A stretch of DNA of 63,274 bases, filler included, from Octopus bimaculoides (Eukaryota): the NCBI RefSeq assembly GCF_001194135.2. It is 5 parts of 5 records of this genome, joined end to end, with 100 filler letters (N's around TTAATTAATTAA, not from the genome) between each part and the next. Parts side by side here need not be neighbours in the genome. Positions count along the whole stretch, not along the records: positions 1 to 23,289 come from NC_068995.1; positions 23,390 to 50,398 come from NC_068997.1; 3 more parts are not named here. One strand, 5' to 3'. Below, one piece after another: positions 13,028 through 26,596 of the stretch. The notes beneath the pieces were generated by a model. It was not told the DNA's origin and searched no databases. It saw nothing but the letters and a program-made list of their open reading frames with translations. Position 1 is the stretch's first letter; each line of letters starts with the position of its first letter. Both the position numbers and the translations under genes were made by a program.

Positions 13028-15043
13028 GACAGGCTTCGTCTCAGTTCCTATCAACAAATTTCACAAAGACTGGACCGAAATACATGCGGGTGCAAGAGGA
13101 TTTCTGTAAGCACCCACTCAGTATGTGGATTATACTTTATTAAATCGATATCAATTGTTGACTAGTGAGGTAGTTTTGTTTTATCGATCTCCAGAAAGAT
13201 AGAGAACAAATTGACCTGGGTGAGATTAGACCGGCATGCGCTCTTGACTGCCGAGTGCAAACGTATTCTGCCGAACGCTCGAATGAACCTGTTTGTCAAT
13301 TTCCCCGTATTGATGTGAAGTGTGGCAGGGAGTGGATCAATGTGTTGAGTGGGTGAGGGATATTTCGTCTGCCCATCCAAGTAGCAGCTGTGCACACAGC
13401 AAACACTATGGCGTGAATTTATATCTAAGTCCAATGACAGTTCTCATTATTAAGCTGGGAAACGCCCTGTACATCGTTACTAATACACACACACACACAC
13501 ACAGGATTGTTCCACAAATATTTGTACACACTGTATCTGTTATAAGCAGTGTAAAATAGCGAGTATAGATTTGAGGAGGGGTAAACGTATACGACATAAA
13601 TATACGACCATCGGAACTTCGAATTCACAGTCACTATTTCTTGTGAACACAAACAGCATACTCATCTGCTGAGCACATTTTTCGTTAAATTTCGATCATT
13701 GTTGTGCCGCGTTATATTTATGCCATTATATTTATGTATATAATACACACATCAGTATTTGTGTTTCTGTGTGGGACTAAAACGAGCTGAAAGACGTAAC
13801 TTGGAGTGACCAGCGACATACCATTAAAAAAAGACAGTCAGATTATCTGAATGCGGAAGGACGGCACTGGATACACGTTTCTACCCCAATAAGCATAAGC
13901 ACTATTGTCCTACGTTACCTTCAGAATAAACAGACATAAAAAAGAAGAGTAGAACACATGTACGACCGAGTGAATTTGCATAGATAATGCTAAAATAAGA
14001 AAAACCCTTATACTGGCCAAAAGCAAATATTTGAAAGACAAAGAAGAAATAAGGTTCCATTAAATAAATTCATGATTTATTGAAATTATCTTCGTTTTTA
14101 AAGAGGGTAAACTTATAGCTCTTATATACATTGAGTATGATATATAGATAGCTATTTATACTGCTGCAACTGTGCATACCAGATTAAAATAATATTGTTT
14201 TCAGAGTGTTTGAACAGAGTTATGGAGAAATAGTCAATATACGATGATATTTATTGAACATTACTAAATACACCCACACTGTATCTATTGTGTGGATGCT
14301 CTGTCGTGTCAATAAAGAATTACTCCTTCTTCATTCTCAAGTCTTTGATAGAGAATTCATTCGCAACAATATAACGGCTACCGAGGACGGGTTAAACAAA
14401 GTCGATCCTTTGCCGACATTGTGATGTTGTCTTCAGCGGAGAAATTGAAGTTATTACATCTGGGAAAGGAATTCTGATCGAGAAATGTATGCGTCACCGG
14501 AAACTTATACATGCCCTCTTATCCCTTACCACCGACGACAGAAATATAAACTTTTGGAATTTATCGAACAGAAGCCTTCTGATAAATAAGTGATTTTTAT
14601 AGTTGTTTGTTTATGTCTCAGAATAAATGTTTATTTTCGTTAATGTTATTGGTGTAAGCCTTTCATGGTTTAGCAATGTAATAAATATTCGAGATCACAG
14701 TAAGAAATAAACGAAAGAAAGAAAACAAACTGCGAAAGTCTGTATGAATTTTCTATGAATTGTATGAATGCGTGTCTGCAGTTCTGGAAGTCTTTGTACA
14801 ATCGATGAGTTTGTTCTCAATGATTTTATCGAAAAACAGTTAACATAGTATCGATAGAGAGAGGAAAATCGAACACTTTCGGTTATTTAGCTTTACTTTC
14901 GCGGCTAATGTGTGTGCAGAAAGCATGAACTTCATAATCCCTCTCTGCTTAGTGTGAAAATCAACACAGCACGGCTAGAGGAGATCTTCGTTGAAAGGGA
15001 GAGCGCAACGTGGTTTCCGATATTGCAGTATATCAGTCTTATG

Positions 15044-15260
15044 GGCGGCGAGCTGGCAGAAACGTTAGCACGCCAGACGAAATGCTTAACGATATTTTGT
15101 CTGTCTTTACGTTCTGAGTTCAAATTCCGCCGAGGTCGATTTTGCCTTTCATCCTTTCGGGGTCGAAAAACTAAGTACCAGTGGTGTACTGGGGTCGATG
15201 TAATCGATTGGCTCTTTCCCTAAAAACTCTGGGTCTTGTGCCTAGAGTAGAAAAGAAAAG
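15044..15260 (+). mobile_element. tRNA-type SINE, family A (ggcggcgagctggcagaaacgttagc head)
   Basis: A-box-like head and GTTCAAATTCC B-box; related copies at 31293-31523(-), 49950-50095(-), 61726-61995 and 63019-63252. Confidence 0.85.
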
Positions 15261-18200
15261 CTTATCAGTCTTAGAGAGATGTTGAAAGGTCCGTACGTTT
15301 ATGAAGTTCAGTTAACAACAGCGAATAAAAGTGTGTACTTTCATTCTTTNNNNNNNNNNNNNNNNNNNNNNNNNNNNNNNNNNNNNNNNNNNNNNNNNNN
15401 NNNNNNNNNNNNNNNNNNNNNNNNNNNNNNNNNNNNNNNNNNNNNNNNNNNNNNNNNNNNNNNNNNNNNNNNNNNNNNNNNNNNNNNNNNNNNNNNNNNN
15501 NNNNNNNNNNNNNNNNNNNNNNNNNNNNNNNNNNNNNNNNNNNNNNNNNNNNNNNNNNNNNNNNNNNNNNNNNNNNNNNNNNNNNNNNNNNNNNNNNNNN
15601 NNNNNNNNNNNNNNNNNNNNNNNNNNNNNNNNNNNNNNNNNNNNNNNNNNNNNNNNNNNNNNNNNNNNNNNNNNNNNNNNNNNNNNNNNNNNNNNNNNNN
15701 NNNNNNNNNNNNNNNNNNNNNNNNNNNNNNNNNNNNNNNNNNNNNNNNNNNNNNNNNNNNNNNNNNNNNNNNNNNNNNNNNNNNNNNNNNNNNNNNNNNN
15801 NNNNNNNNNNNNNNNNNNNNNNNNNNNNNNNNNNNNNNNNNNNNNNNNNNNNNNNNNNNNNNNNNNNNNNNNNNNNNNNNNNNNNNNNNNNNNNNNNNNN
15901 NNNNNNNNNNNNNNNNNNNNNNNNNNNNNNNNNNNNNNNNNNNNNNNNNNNNNNNNNNNNNNNNNNNNNNNNNNNNNNNNNNNNNNNNNNNNNNNNNNNN
16001 NNNNNNNNNNNNNNNNNNNNNNNNNNNNNNNNNNNNNNNNNNNNNNNNNNNNNNNNNNNNNNNNNNNNNNNNNNNNNNNNNNNNNNNNNNNNNNNNNNNN
16101 NNNNNNNNNNNNNNNNNNNNNNNNNNNNNNNNNNNNNNNNNNNNNNNNNNNNNNNNNNNNNNNNNNNNNNNNNNNNNNNNNNNNNNNNTATATATATATA
16201 TATCAGAGATAGGCGACAATCGCCTCAGTACCGGCTAGTGAAAACAGTGGATACATTTCTACCTCTGTAGACTGTTAATATTCAGCCGACAGCAATTTGT
16301 AACACCAGTGATTTTATTAACCACTGTTTTCGTAGATATCGGTGGCTACAAATTACGCAATTGGCTGCGGGTGCATGATATTGTGTACCTTGTGGAAAAT
16401 TGAACTAAGGACCTGGGGTGCCGAAACTGAATTTATCGGTATTCAAACTGGTAATCTGCAGCGCCTACCCCTCCGTTACGTTTCTACTCGGTGAATATTG
16501 ATTTTTAACATCAGTACGTGTCCATATAATTTGTAGGAGGACCACAATCGATTGCAGTTAAATCGATAACTGTACTTGACTGACACTTTACTGTTCTGGG
16601 GAGGGTTAAAAGGCAGAACTTCAAATCAGAGAGTGAAGGCACCTAAAATACGTAGCAGGTTGTATTTTGAGTGACACTTTACCCATTCTACATTCTAACT
16701 ACCATTTTCTCCATTATATATACTGGTAGATCTTGTAGAGAGATTTAGCAAAATATTGTTCGCATCATCATCATTATCATCATCATCATCCTCAGTAGCA
16801 GCTACAATAAAAATTTTATTGGAAAATCTGTGACAGCTGGGGTCTATTATGTATGTATTGATATTATATACGAAATAGAAAGGAGGTCATTTACAAACAA
16901 CTCTAGATCAGTTCGTTTTATTATGGAAACAAATGAAAATGTTTATCTTGTATTAAAAAGATTTTACCAATAGCTTTTATTTAACTTTGTATGATTTTTA
17001 TATAAAACGTTGAGATGTCACAACTGTTTACAACGTTAGCTCAAATATGTATTTTAAGGTGTTAATTCCTGTCGACTGTTCTCTGAATTCACCACCCGCA
17101 CAATTCAAATTTTGTTTTCCATCATTTTTGTGCTCAATAAAGTAGCAATCCAGTGTTGGGATCGATTCCTCTTGCTGGAAGAGACTCGGTGTGTTCAGAC
17201 CTGGAGATAAATGTGCTCCGTTAGATTTAAAATGCCCAAGACACTACATACGTCACAACGGTGTCACTCGCACTGCATGAAAAATTCCTGGCTCAAGACA
17301 GGATATATTAGATTGTGCTGATTGCTACTAATATCATTTAGCCACCATCCCCCACCACCGACCGTCCTGATCAAGTAAACCTGAAATCAAAACTAATCCT
17401 GCCATGACTTGTCCCTCTCCTTTCGAAGTCAGTCTGAAGCTACATTACCGAATGTTACCTTCCATGGTTTTAAAAGGTTCTAGAATAATATTAAGGAGAT
17501 TTGGTTGCTATTTCTTGGTGTGGTGTCGAAACAAATTGGGAATTTATAACTCATTTTTCATCCCAGCTTTATTAATAACCACAAAATAAGTTGAACTCAG
17601 CGCTGCTAGACGGCGAAATATTTGTCAGATACCATGGTTTAATAGTATTGAATTAATATAAAGCAATGTGGTGTCTACATACAGCTATTTGTTGTGTATA
17701 TATGTGTATGTTTGTTAACTTGTGTCGATAACAAAAGAGGGAGATAAAGAGGTAGAGATTGATGTCTGGAGAGACGGATGTAAACTAAATATGAATGTAA
17801 GTTTACAGAGAATAATAGCATTATCTATAAGAATAATAGCATTATCTATAGCATCATCTATAAGCACCGAAACAGAGATGGTAAAAGAATGAGGTTAAAG
17901 TCGGAAGAAATCGAAAATAAATATTTCTGTTGTAGTTTCTTCATTTCAATAATCGACAATGGATTATTTCTTTTCATTATACATCAACACATTTGTCACC
18001 TCTCACTTATTACTTCACACTATTTTCCCGTTGAATGAAAGGGTGTTGGAAATTAAAGTTGCTTTCTTGTGTCAGTTTTTTGGGGGTGGGGCGCGGGATT
18101 TTTTCAGGAATGAGACCCAGTGATGTCCAAACATTTAGACTTTGGTGACCCAACAGTGCTGATAACATAGATGATTCAAAGTCATGAGCTTTTAGAAGGG

Positions 18201-18644
18201 TAGGTCTTAAAATCGATTATATCGATTTCTGACATTTGTACAAACAGTCGATTTTGGGAAACATCTGTGAAATTCACCAAAGGGATTCTACGGTATTCTA
18301 ATCGACCCTGGAATGTCACAAAATAAGGCTGACTGCATGGGATTTGAACTCAGAATGTGAAGTAACTAAATACCGCAAGACATTTTGTTCAATGCTTTTC
18401 TGATTGTGTTCTTCTTCAACCCTTACCAAGATTGCCATGTCTTATTCTCAGAGGCGTGAAATAAACATTTATCTGAGCGAGGAAACCAGTGATGTATTGT
18501 AGAGGGTCTTTCCAATGTCACTAAACGAAAAACCTAGTATTTACTAACTATTGAACAAATGTTAACGACTCAGAATGGTCAGCGGTGTGTAGTTGAACGA
18601 CAGACAAATACAGATTTATAAAAGTATCAAATATATATATAAAC

Positions 18645-19175
18645 ACGACGGGTTTCACTCAGTTTCTATCTACCAAATCCACTCTTAACGTTTTGACCGA
18701 CCTGGGGCTATAGTACAGAATACTTGCCCGAGATGCCACGCAGTGTTACTGAACCCTGAATCATATGGATAATAATAATAAATGGATGTGGCTGTGTGGC
18801 AAGAAGTTTGCTTCTCAACCACATGGATCTGGGTTCAGACCTTCTGCATGGCACCTCGGGCAAATGTCTTCTACTATAACTTAACGTGATCAAAGGCTTG
18901 AGAGTGGATTTGGTAGATGAAAACTGAGTAGAAGCCCGTCATATATATATGTATGGGTGTGTGCGTGCGTATGTGTGTGTGTGCGTGTGTGTGTGTGTAT
19001 TTGTGTTTGTCCCTACCACCGCTTGACACACAGTTTTGGTTTGTTTACGTCCCTGACAGAATGAGTTCCAGCCTTGCAAGAAATAAGCAGTGGGGTCGAT
19101 TTATTTGACTAAAATCTTCATGGCAATGCTCCAGTATGGCGGCAGTCCAATGACTAAAACAAGTAAAAGGTAAAT
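18645..19175. mobile_element. Head-to-head pair of family B SINEs (18645-18770 -, 18784-18950 +) followed by a family C body (about 18990-19175 +)
   Basis: Both share ggttcag...gcgtggcac...gagtggatttggtaga...gaaactga with the copy at 51298-51449; family C body recurs at 26095-26310 and 37845-38045(-). Confidence 0.8.
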
Positions 19176-20134
19176 AGCAACGTTTTCTGACGTAATTCCA
19201 AAACAGCACACTTTACCGGTTTATTCAATTTTTATTTCATTTTATTATATTTTTGCGAAGCGGTCAAATTTGGATTAATGCATCTTACTATTTAACATGC
19301 ACCAAAAAAAGATGAAGGGTGAAATCGTCCCGGATGAGGACTGAATTTACATGAGAAAGATGTATAACTAAATGTAATAAGTTGTTCTGCCAATTTCATC
19401 AGTCCACCACTAATTTAATTTCTAACAAATAATCATGGCTACACCTTTTGGGGTGGGGAGGATGGTGAGGATGTGTAGCTGAATTCATTAATTTATTTTC
19501 TCTTTGACTGATTTTTAACCCTCGGAAGGATGAAGGACAAACGCCTTAGGCGGGAGTTGAACTTAAAACTTAGCAAAAATTTAATTTTCTACATAAAACA
19601 CTGATGTCTGTTGTCACCAATGTCAGAAATACTTGGGAGAGAAGGGTGTCGGGGAAAAAGAAGATATTTATTAAATTCTCACAAGTACACGAGAAAATAT
19701 GATATTACTAAAGAGATAGGAAATTTTGAGTCTCATTGAGGATTAGGTTAATTCCTTTGTGAAACACTACAGAAAATAAAATTTTTTTAAATCACAAATT
19801 AATGAAGAAATACTAATGCTGTGAAAAGAGAAAATGCATTCTGGTAGTGTTTGTTGTTGTTGTTGTTGTTTTCGAACTTTACCAATACGGTTCAATACTT
19901 TTGTTAAGCTATCAATCGATACCATCTGAAGCAAACGTTTGACTTTTATAAAAGATTAATAGGTTTAGTTTTCATTGGAAATAATAGCTTATAAGGAATA
20001 TGGCTACTAGAAACTAAGAATCGACTTATTTTGATAGCTTCTGAACTTTAGATCATTATATTAACTCGCTTGTCTAGCGCATAATCGATTAGATGATGCA
20101 AAACATTGAATGCTTAAGAAAGAAATCAATATTT

Positions 20135-20193
<59 letters not shown>

Positions 20194-20692
20194 ATATATG
20201 TATATGTATACATTTATGGTTTCTAGTTAGTTGAATTTTTATTTTAAATGACATGAAGACACCCTTTATATGTCAGTAGGGAGGAGTAAATGGTCGCATT
20301 ATTTACGACACAGAGATCAATGTTGTGGTAGGAAATGAGTGCTTGCTGGATTAAGTACACTTCGATATAAATTCCATCTGCTAACATCGTGAGTTCAAAC
20401 TCAACTGAGATCGCTGTTACTTTTCATCTGATCTGGATCATTAAATTAATCACATATCGTACATTAGAAGTCGTTACAATTACATTCTATACCCGACATA
20501 AAAGAACCAAATTTGTTATATTTCATCAATTAGCATGATTAGTATTTACATCATTAAGGTGTTTCTACGTGATTGCTCCATCGTCTACAATTAGCATAAA
20601 TCTCCCAGATCCTATCGTCTTACAAACGGGTATTGAAGAGAATTGATTTCAGTTGGAAAATGAAATACTGGTTAGTATTACAAGGTACTCAC

Positions 20693-20833
20693 CTTGATAA
20701 GGGAGACATTTTTCACATCGAGTGTGAAGAGTGTAGACTGGTCTTTCTAGCAGAAATCTCCTCATTTCAGGTTGCCAATCACATTGTACATAACGATATG
20801 ATTCTATTTCACCTTCCCCATAAATCTGGGCAT
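20693..20833 (-). CDS. Candidate orphan internal exon (phase 1-1, 141 nt): (D)AQIYGEGEIESYRYVQCDWQPEMRRFLLERPVYTLHTRCEKCLPYQ(G); product unknown
   Basis: Acceptor gatttcttag|, consensus donor CAAG|GTGAGT, open frame, length divisible by 3, non-repetitive sequence; no partner exon identified. Confidence 0.4.
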
Positions 20834-22185
20834 CTAAGAAATCAGCAATGGCTGCCACTAATGTCGTTGCCTATCTCCAGGTTGGCTGGATTTGATGCAA
20901 GTAAATAGCACAAGTTATATCGTCCGTCGCTTTACACTTTCTGTCGATTATTAATAACAATATTTAACATTTCTTTATTATTACCGCAAAGGTGGAGATG
21001 AGGAGACATTGCAGAGACGTGTTTCAAAAAGCGAATGGGTTTAGATAGACATTTAATGAAATGAAAAGCAAAGCTAAAATGTACACAATAGACGTACGTA
21101 TGATAGAATCCTTCGAGGATAATGGCCACATTGCCTTAATTTATGAACATCGCAGAATTACCACTGCTGTCCAGAGCAGGAACCCTCGCTTAGTTGTATT
21201 TCTCTATTAACAAACGAATAACTCGCTTGGTATTCGTTATTCTTACCAACATTTCCAAGCAATCACTAATGTGTAGCACCACTTTCTTCACTCTAATCTC
21301 CTTCTCAATAATAATAATGATTTTAATAATCCTTCATATAAGCGCAAATTTACTTATAGAATTATTCTATAGATTATTATATGCCTGATTCTATATCCAG
21401 ATTTCAGTTCTACGAATTTAGGCATCGTATTAAATGTCAAGGATTGCTCAACGGGTTCGAAGATTACAAAGTATTGTAAGTTAAGTTCATTAAAACTTTT
21501 TTTTTTCTTTAAGTAAAAATACAAAAGTGTATTATTTACATTTACGCGACTTTCCGATCAGTTTTATCTCCGCTAATCATGGGGTATTTTATTTCTGGGT
21601 GGATACACTAATACAGCACTCGCACTTAATGAATATTCTTAGTTCGTATACAATTTCTTCCTCGGCACTCATATAATAATAAGAAACCTGATGACCTGGT
21701 ATGAATCTTCTCATATATCAAACACTTTGACTTCTCCAGAGGTTCATTGTATAAAAAATTCTAATATCCTTTTAGTCTCTTTACAACGACTGTCAAAATC
21801 AAAACAAAAAATATATAACTACTCTAATTAATTCGTTTCTCTACTTCATTCAGTCCCTTAAGCTGTTCAGTGTATGCCCATATGTTCCAGCTCATTGATG
21901 TTGTCACATCGGTGAGCCTTGCCGTTCAAAATACAGCCATGGCTTTAGTTAGTTCATATATAATACATAGTAATGCATAGTCGATGAATAGATGTTGCGC
22001 CAGCGATGCCATGGCATCAACTCTACGTTGTCTGTAAAAACTTTACCCGTGTTTATTCCGCAACATTAGAAAGCACCGCAAAATTCCATGTGTAATATTC
22101 TATGATATGTGATACACATATTGATGTTTGTAACTGTATTGTCATCAAAACCGTAAAATATTATGCATTATAGTAAAACTATGTA

Positions 22186-22689
22186 CATGTAGACTCGTTT
22201 GTTTCTTGTTTATTTATCATTAATCCGAAATGACACGGTGCGCTCAGTTGTGAACCATGTTATGCTTATCACGGATTTATCACTAATAACACAGGAAGGC
22301 GAAACCAGTCGATGATTCTGTTTGTAGTGCAAAAATGCAAGCCTGTGATCACCCAAAATGCTCAGATACCAAGAATACGCTGACTCTCGCTTGTGCTTAC
22401 ATAACCGTGCTGCGAGGCTGCGGGTGTTTTATACGGATTTACGTACATTTACCAATCAAAGTGGGACCAGTGAAGAGAAAATGCGAAAGTGACTGATCTT
22501 AATGTACCATGCAAACGAGTGTATTCTCTGCAGGAAAAAGTAGAGATGATCAAGAAAATACGTGACGGCGGAAACTTCGCTGCTATGAGCCACAAGTTTA
22601 GTTCGATTCATTAACAAAGAATGTAGAGTTGATTCATTTATCACGCTATTTTTTTTTTACACAAATCCCGTGATAAACGAGGATATATG
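22186..22689 (+). mobile_element. Internally deleted Tigger/pogo-like DNA transposon
   Basis: 22504-22614 reads VPCKRVYSLQEKVEMIKKIRDGGNFAAMSHKF (psq-type HTH like Tigger N-terminus), preceded by a frameshifted GPVKRKC; imperfect TIRs (catgtagactcgttt / aaacgaggatatatg) flanked by TA. Confidence 0.55.
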
Positions 22690-23289
22690 TATTATAACCA
22701 CCTCTAATTTGAACCTTAATTTTGCTAAGAATAAAATGAGTATATTAAACAGATATTTTAGCGTGAAGTAACTTATACATGAACTCTTCACTAATTCCGA
22801 AACTGGTTAAATTCGTTTTCAATCTTCCGATCGTGTTTATAGGAAAAAGCGAGAAAGATGAAAATTTGATATCAGTAAATATGAAACCAAGTAAATCTCG
22901 TCCATGGATTCCATTTCAGTCGTTCGATGTTGTGTTTGTTTACTTTTGTATTTCCATCTGTGTGTTTTGGTTCGCTTTTTACCAAATCTGTTATACAATT
23001 AAAACGCATTTATCTTTTGTATTGTTTTCTCTTGGAAGCTTTTCATCACCTGCTTGTTGGTTCAGTAAGACAAACAGAAAGAAGACATAGAATTATCCCA
23101 GAAAGGAAATGATTAAAATTCAAACATCTCGACAGGTCTTTTACTTTTTTTTCTCGTATTTATCACAATTTCAAATATATTTATAAATGTTCAAAAAGAG
23201 ATTCAAGTTCTCAGTTGATCAAATTGTTTCTTCTTCCAACCATCTCCCCTATGCACACACCCCTATGCATGTGTGTGTGCATATATATA

Positions 23290-23389
23290 NNNNNNNNNNN
23301 NNNNNNNNNNNNNNNNNNNNNNNNNNNNNNNNNTTAATTAATTAANNNNNNNNNNNNNNNNNNNNNNNNNNNNNNNNNNNNNNNNNNNN
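23290..23389. other. Artificial scaffold spacer 44N-TTAATTAATTAA-44N (also 50399-50498, 54796-54895, 59911-60010)
   Basis: Four identical 100-bp cassettes; the 12-mer is palindromic with TAA stops in all six frames. Confidence 0.95.
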
Positions 23390-23685
23390 TACCGCCTGAC
23401 TGGCTCCCGTAGGATTTTCGAGCGAGATCGTTGCCAGTGCCCCTGGACTGGCTTGTGCAGGTGGCACATAAAAGACACCATTTCGAGCGTGGCCATTTTC
23501 GTGCGGGTGACACGTAAAAGCACCCACTACACTCTCTGAGTGGTTGGCGTTAGGAAGGGCATCCAGCTGTAGAAACTCTGCCAAATTAGATTGGAGCCTG
23601 GTGTTTCACCAGTCCTCAGTCAAATCGTCCAACCCATGCTAGCATGGAAAGCGGACGTTAAACAATGATGATGATGATGATGATA
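23390..23685 (-). mobile_element. Interspersed repeat family E ((CAT)n-tttaacgtccgctttccatgctagcatgggttggacg); second copy 48143-48417 (+)
   Basis: High similarity between the two copies on opposite strands. Confidence 0.8.
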
Positions 23686-24099
23686 TATATTAATAACTAT
23701 GGAAGACTGATGGGAATATTATCTGCATGGACTTAAAGGACTAAGTTACTATTTAGGAGTTAGTTATAAGTTTACTTATTGAATTTATTTACAGATACTG
23801 TTTTTGTACATAGGGTAAATGTGTTTCTTTGTTGTAATTAATGATGTTAGTGTTTAATCCTTCATAGAATTAAGATTGAATGAATGTGGTGAAGTCTAAG
23901 GTATGTTTGTTCCCAAACAACACTTGTTTTAGTGCTGTTGACACCACTGGATTGAATGGTACTGCCCTGATGTTGAAAGCATAGTGATATTCGTGGGGCA
24001 GCTGATGATGAGGATATGTTGGGTTGTTGGTATGGCTGTTATTGTATGTTTCACTGCCATGTAGCACTGCCATGTAGCATGGCTGTTCGTACGCATGCG

Positions 24100-24136
<37 letters not shown>

Positions 24137-25159
24137 GGTGCTGTAAGCTTAGAGGTAGTACTCGATAAGTGTAAGCAATAGTTTTATAAGACATCCATTT
24201 GTTATATGTATATATATTACATGGAAAAATGTGAGCAAGAGAAATAATATTCTTAAGATTATAAACCTGGAAAAGTACAGGACAAATTACTACACTTGGA
24301 AAAGTTCAGGACAAGTTATTACATCTGGTAAAGTACAGAACAAGAAAGACAGTGATTGGTGATGGCGTTCATTTTGTGTTTTTGAATGTTTCAGAGAGGA
24401 AGTAAGAGAGAGGGAGAGTGAAAGAGACAGAGATTGGTGCCAGCATTCGTTTTGTGTTTTTAAATGTTTATCACATCGCAAGAAAAGTAGATACATAGAT
24501 ACATACACACATTGTTAAATTAAAAGCAGAAGAGAGGAGAGACAGAGGAAGTGAAAGAGAAAGAAACGAAGTGAGAGAGACAGTAGATACATAGATCCAA
24601 AGAAGAGTTGATTCAAAGATACATAGACACAGCAAATATTGGATATCACTTTTTTCATTACCACACAAGGATAAAATTAACTTGCAAGTGGCTGAGTACT
24701 CCACAGACATGCATATCATTAACATAGTTTTCATGGAGATTCAGCCTCACACAGAACGTGACAAGGCTGGCCCCTTTCAATTACAGCTACAACTCATTTT
24801 GGCCAGCTGAGTGGACTGGAGCAAGATAAACCTTCAAGTGGTTGGGAGGAAACAAAAAAAGATCCTATATAGGGGCAGGAAAATCTTTTTAGTCGTTAAG
24901 GTCACTATGGGTGTTAATCTGGTCCTAACAGTGGCATTTATGGATCTCACAGATCTGGAGGCCAATCACCTGTTCTTTTCTTTCCTCTACCGATTCGCAC
25001 ACTGTTGTTATCAAACTGAGCATGAATCAAGGGTGAATACACAACGGAATAGCAATTATTTCATCTTAGCTTTCACTGCTTATACTAAACACATGACATT
25101 TTTGCCTTACGATATGGAACATTTCATTTTCTTTCACTCTTTTTTAAAAATGGCACTCC

Positions 25160-25470
25160 ATCAGTTATGACGATGAGGTTCCTGTTTATCTGATCAACAA
25201 ACAATCTTCTCATAAAATTAACGTGCAAGTGGCTGAGCACTTCACAGACATGCATACCATAAGGTAGTTCTCAGGGAGATTCAGCCTCACACAGAATATG
25301 ATAAGGCTGACACCTTTGAATTATAACTACAACTCATTTTTGCCAGCTTAGTGGACTCCAGCAAGGTGAAGTAGAATACCTTGCTCAAAAACAGCTCACC
25401 GCAGGGAATCATACTCATGACTTTATGATCGTGGGCTGAATACCCCTAACCACTGAGCCATGCACCTTCA
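25160..25470 (+). mobile_element. SINE family D (gtggctgagcactccacagac...gagtggactggagc); partial copy at 24672-24840
   Basis: Homologous to 53788-54162, 54436-54752, 61010-61285 and 62035-62270(-). Confidence 0.8.
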
Positions 25471-26596
25471 CTCTCTTAACTGTAGAGAAAAGGAGTTAAA
25501 CGATAGAGACAGGGAAAGGAAAAAAGCCTCAGTCATTTACAATGACAATTAGACTGAAATACGATTGATTTTTTTCTAGGTTCTTTAATTCTAACAATAA
25601 AGAAGAGGAAAAGACTTTTAGCAATGAATAGAGCGAAAGTTTTTCAGGTGTTTACATTTTAATTCTGGGAATTCTAGAATGATCAACTGTTAGTTCTCTC
25701 TTCTTTCCCCTAACCCCAGTACTTTTTCACTTTCTTTCATAGTTCTTCATGTCTTTTAGTTTGGGGAGGGGGGACCCCGTTTTTTTCAGGCATTTTTAAC
25801 ATTTTCTTTACAAACTACAAACAAACTCCCCACCCTTCCTTTTTTTCTTCATGCAAAACCTAATGCAAATTTCAAATGGAGTATAGCTGTGAAAAGAGCC
25901 CAGAAAATGGGTAACACCCCCTACAAAATGGGTGGGGGAGAAAAGTTGTCAACAGGTGGTTACACGAAATTCAACTCTATACTTTAAAGAGTGTCTTCTA
26001 CTATAGCCACAGGTTGACCAAAGTGAATTTGGTAGATGGAAACTGAAAGAAGGTCGTCATATATATATATGATATATTATATTTTTATGTGTGTGTGTTT
26101 GCGTCAGTGTTTGTCCCCCCACTACCATTGTTTGACAACCAGTGTTAGTGTTTGCATCTCCATAATTTAGCTGTTTGGCAGACGAGACTGATAGAATAAG
26201 CACCAGGCTTAAGGGAATAAGTCCAGGGGTCGATTTCTTTGACTAAAAGGTGATGCTTCAGCATGGCCACTGTCAAATGGCTGAAATAAGTACAAGAATA
26301 AAAGAATACCAGAAGAACGTTCCGCACCACTAAACCAAGATGGCTTTTTGAATATGTACGATGTATTTTAAGGCTAAATAGTAATTCTGTTTACGCTTGC
26401 ATAACTGAGATATTTTGGTTGGATTATATAGTTATTGGTTTTACATGTATTCTGTAAGTGTCACAATATAGAAGCATTTTTCAAGGCACCAGCACACAAT
26501 TTACAGATGCTTACATTTTATATACTTTCCGTGAATTTTTCATGAGTCCAGCTAGTATATGTATTATATATTTATGTAATATTATATTATATTATA

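Noticed and set aside
23334-23345. Recurrent palindrome TTAATTAATTAA (also 50443, 54840, 59955) as a biological motif
   Set aside because: Always centred in exactly 44 N + 44 N (100 bp) and gives stops in all six frames: an assembly spacer.
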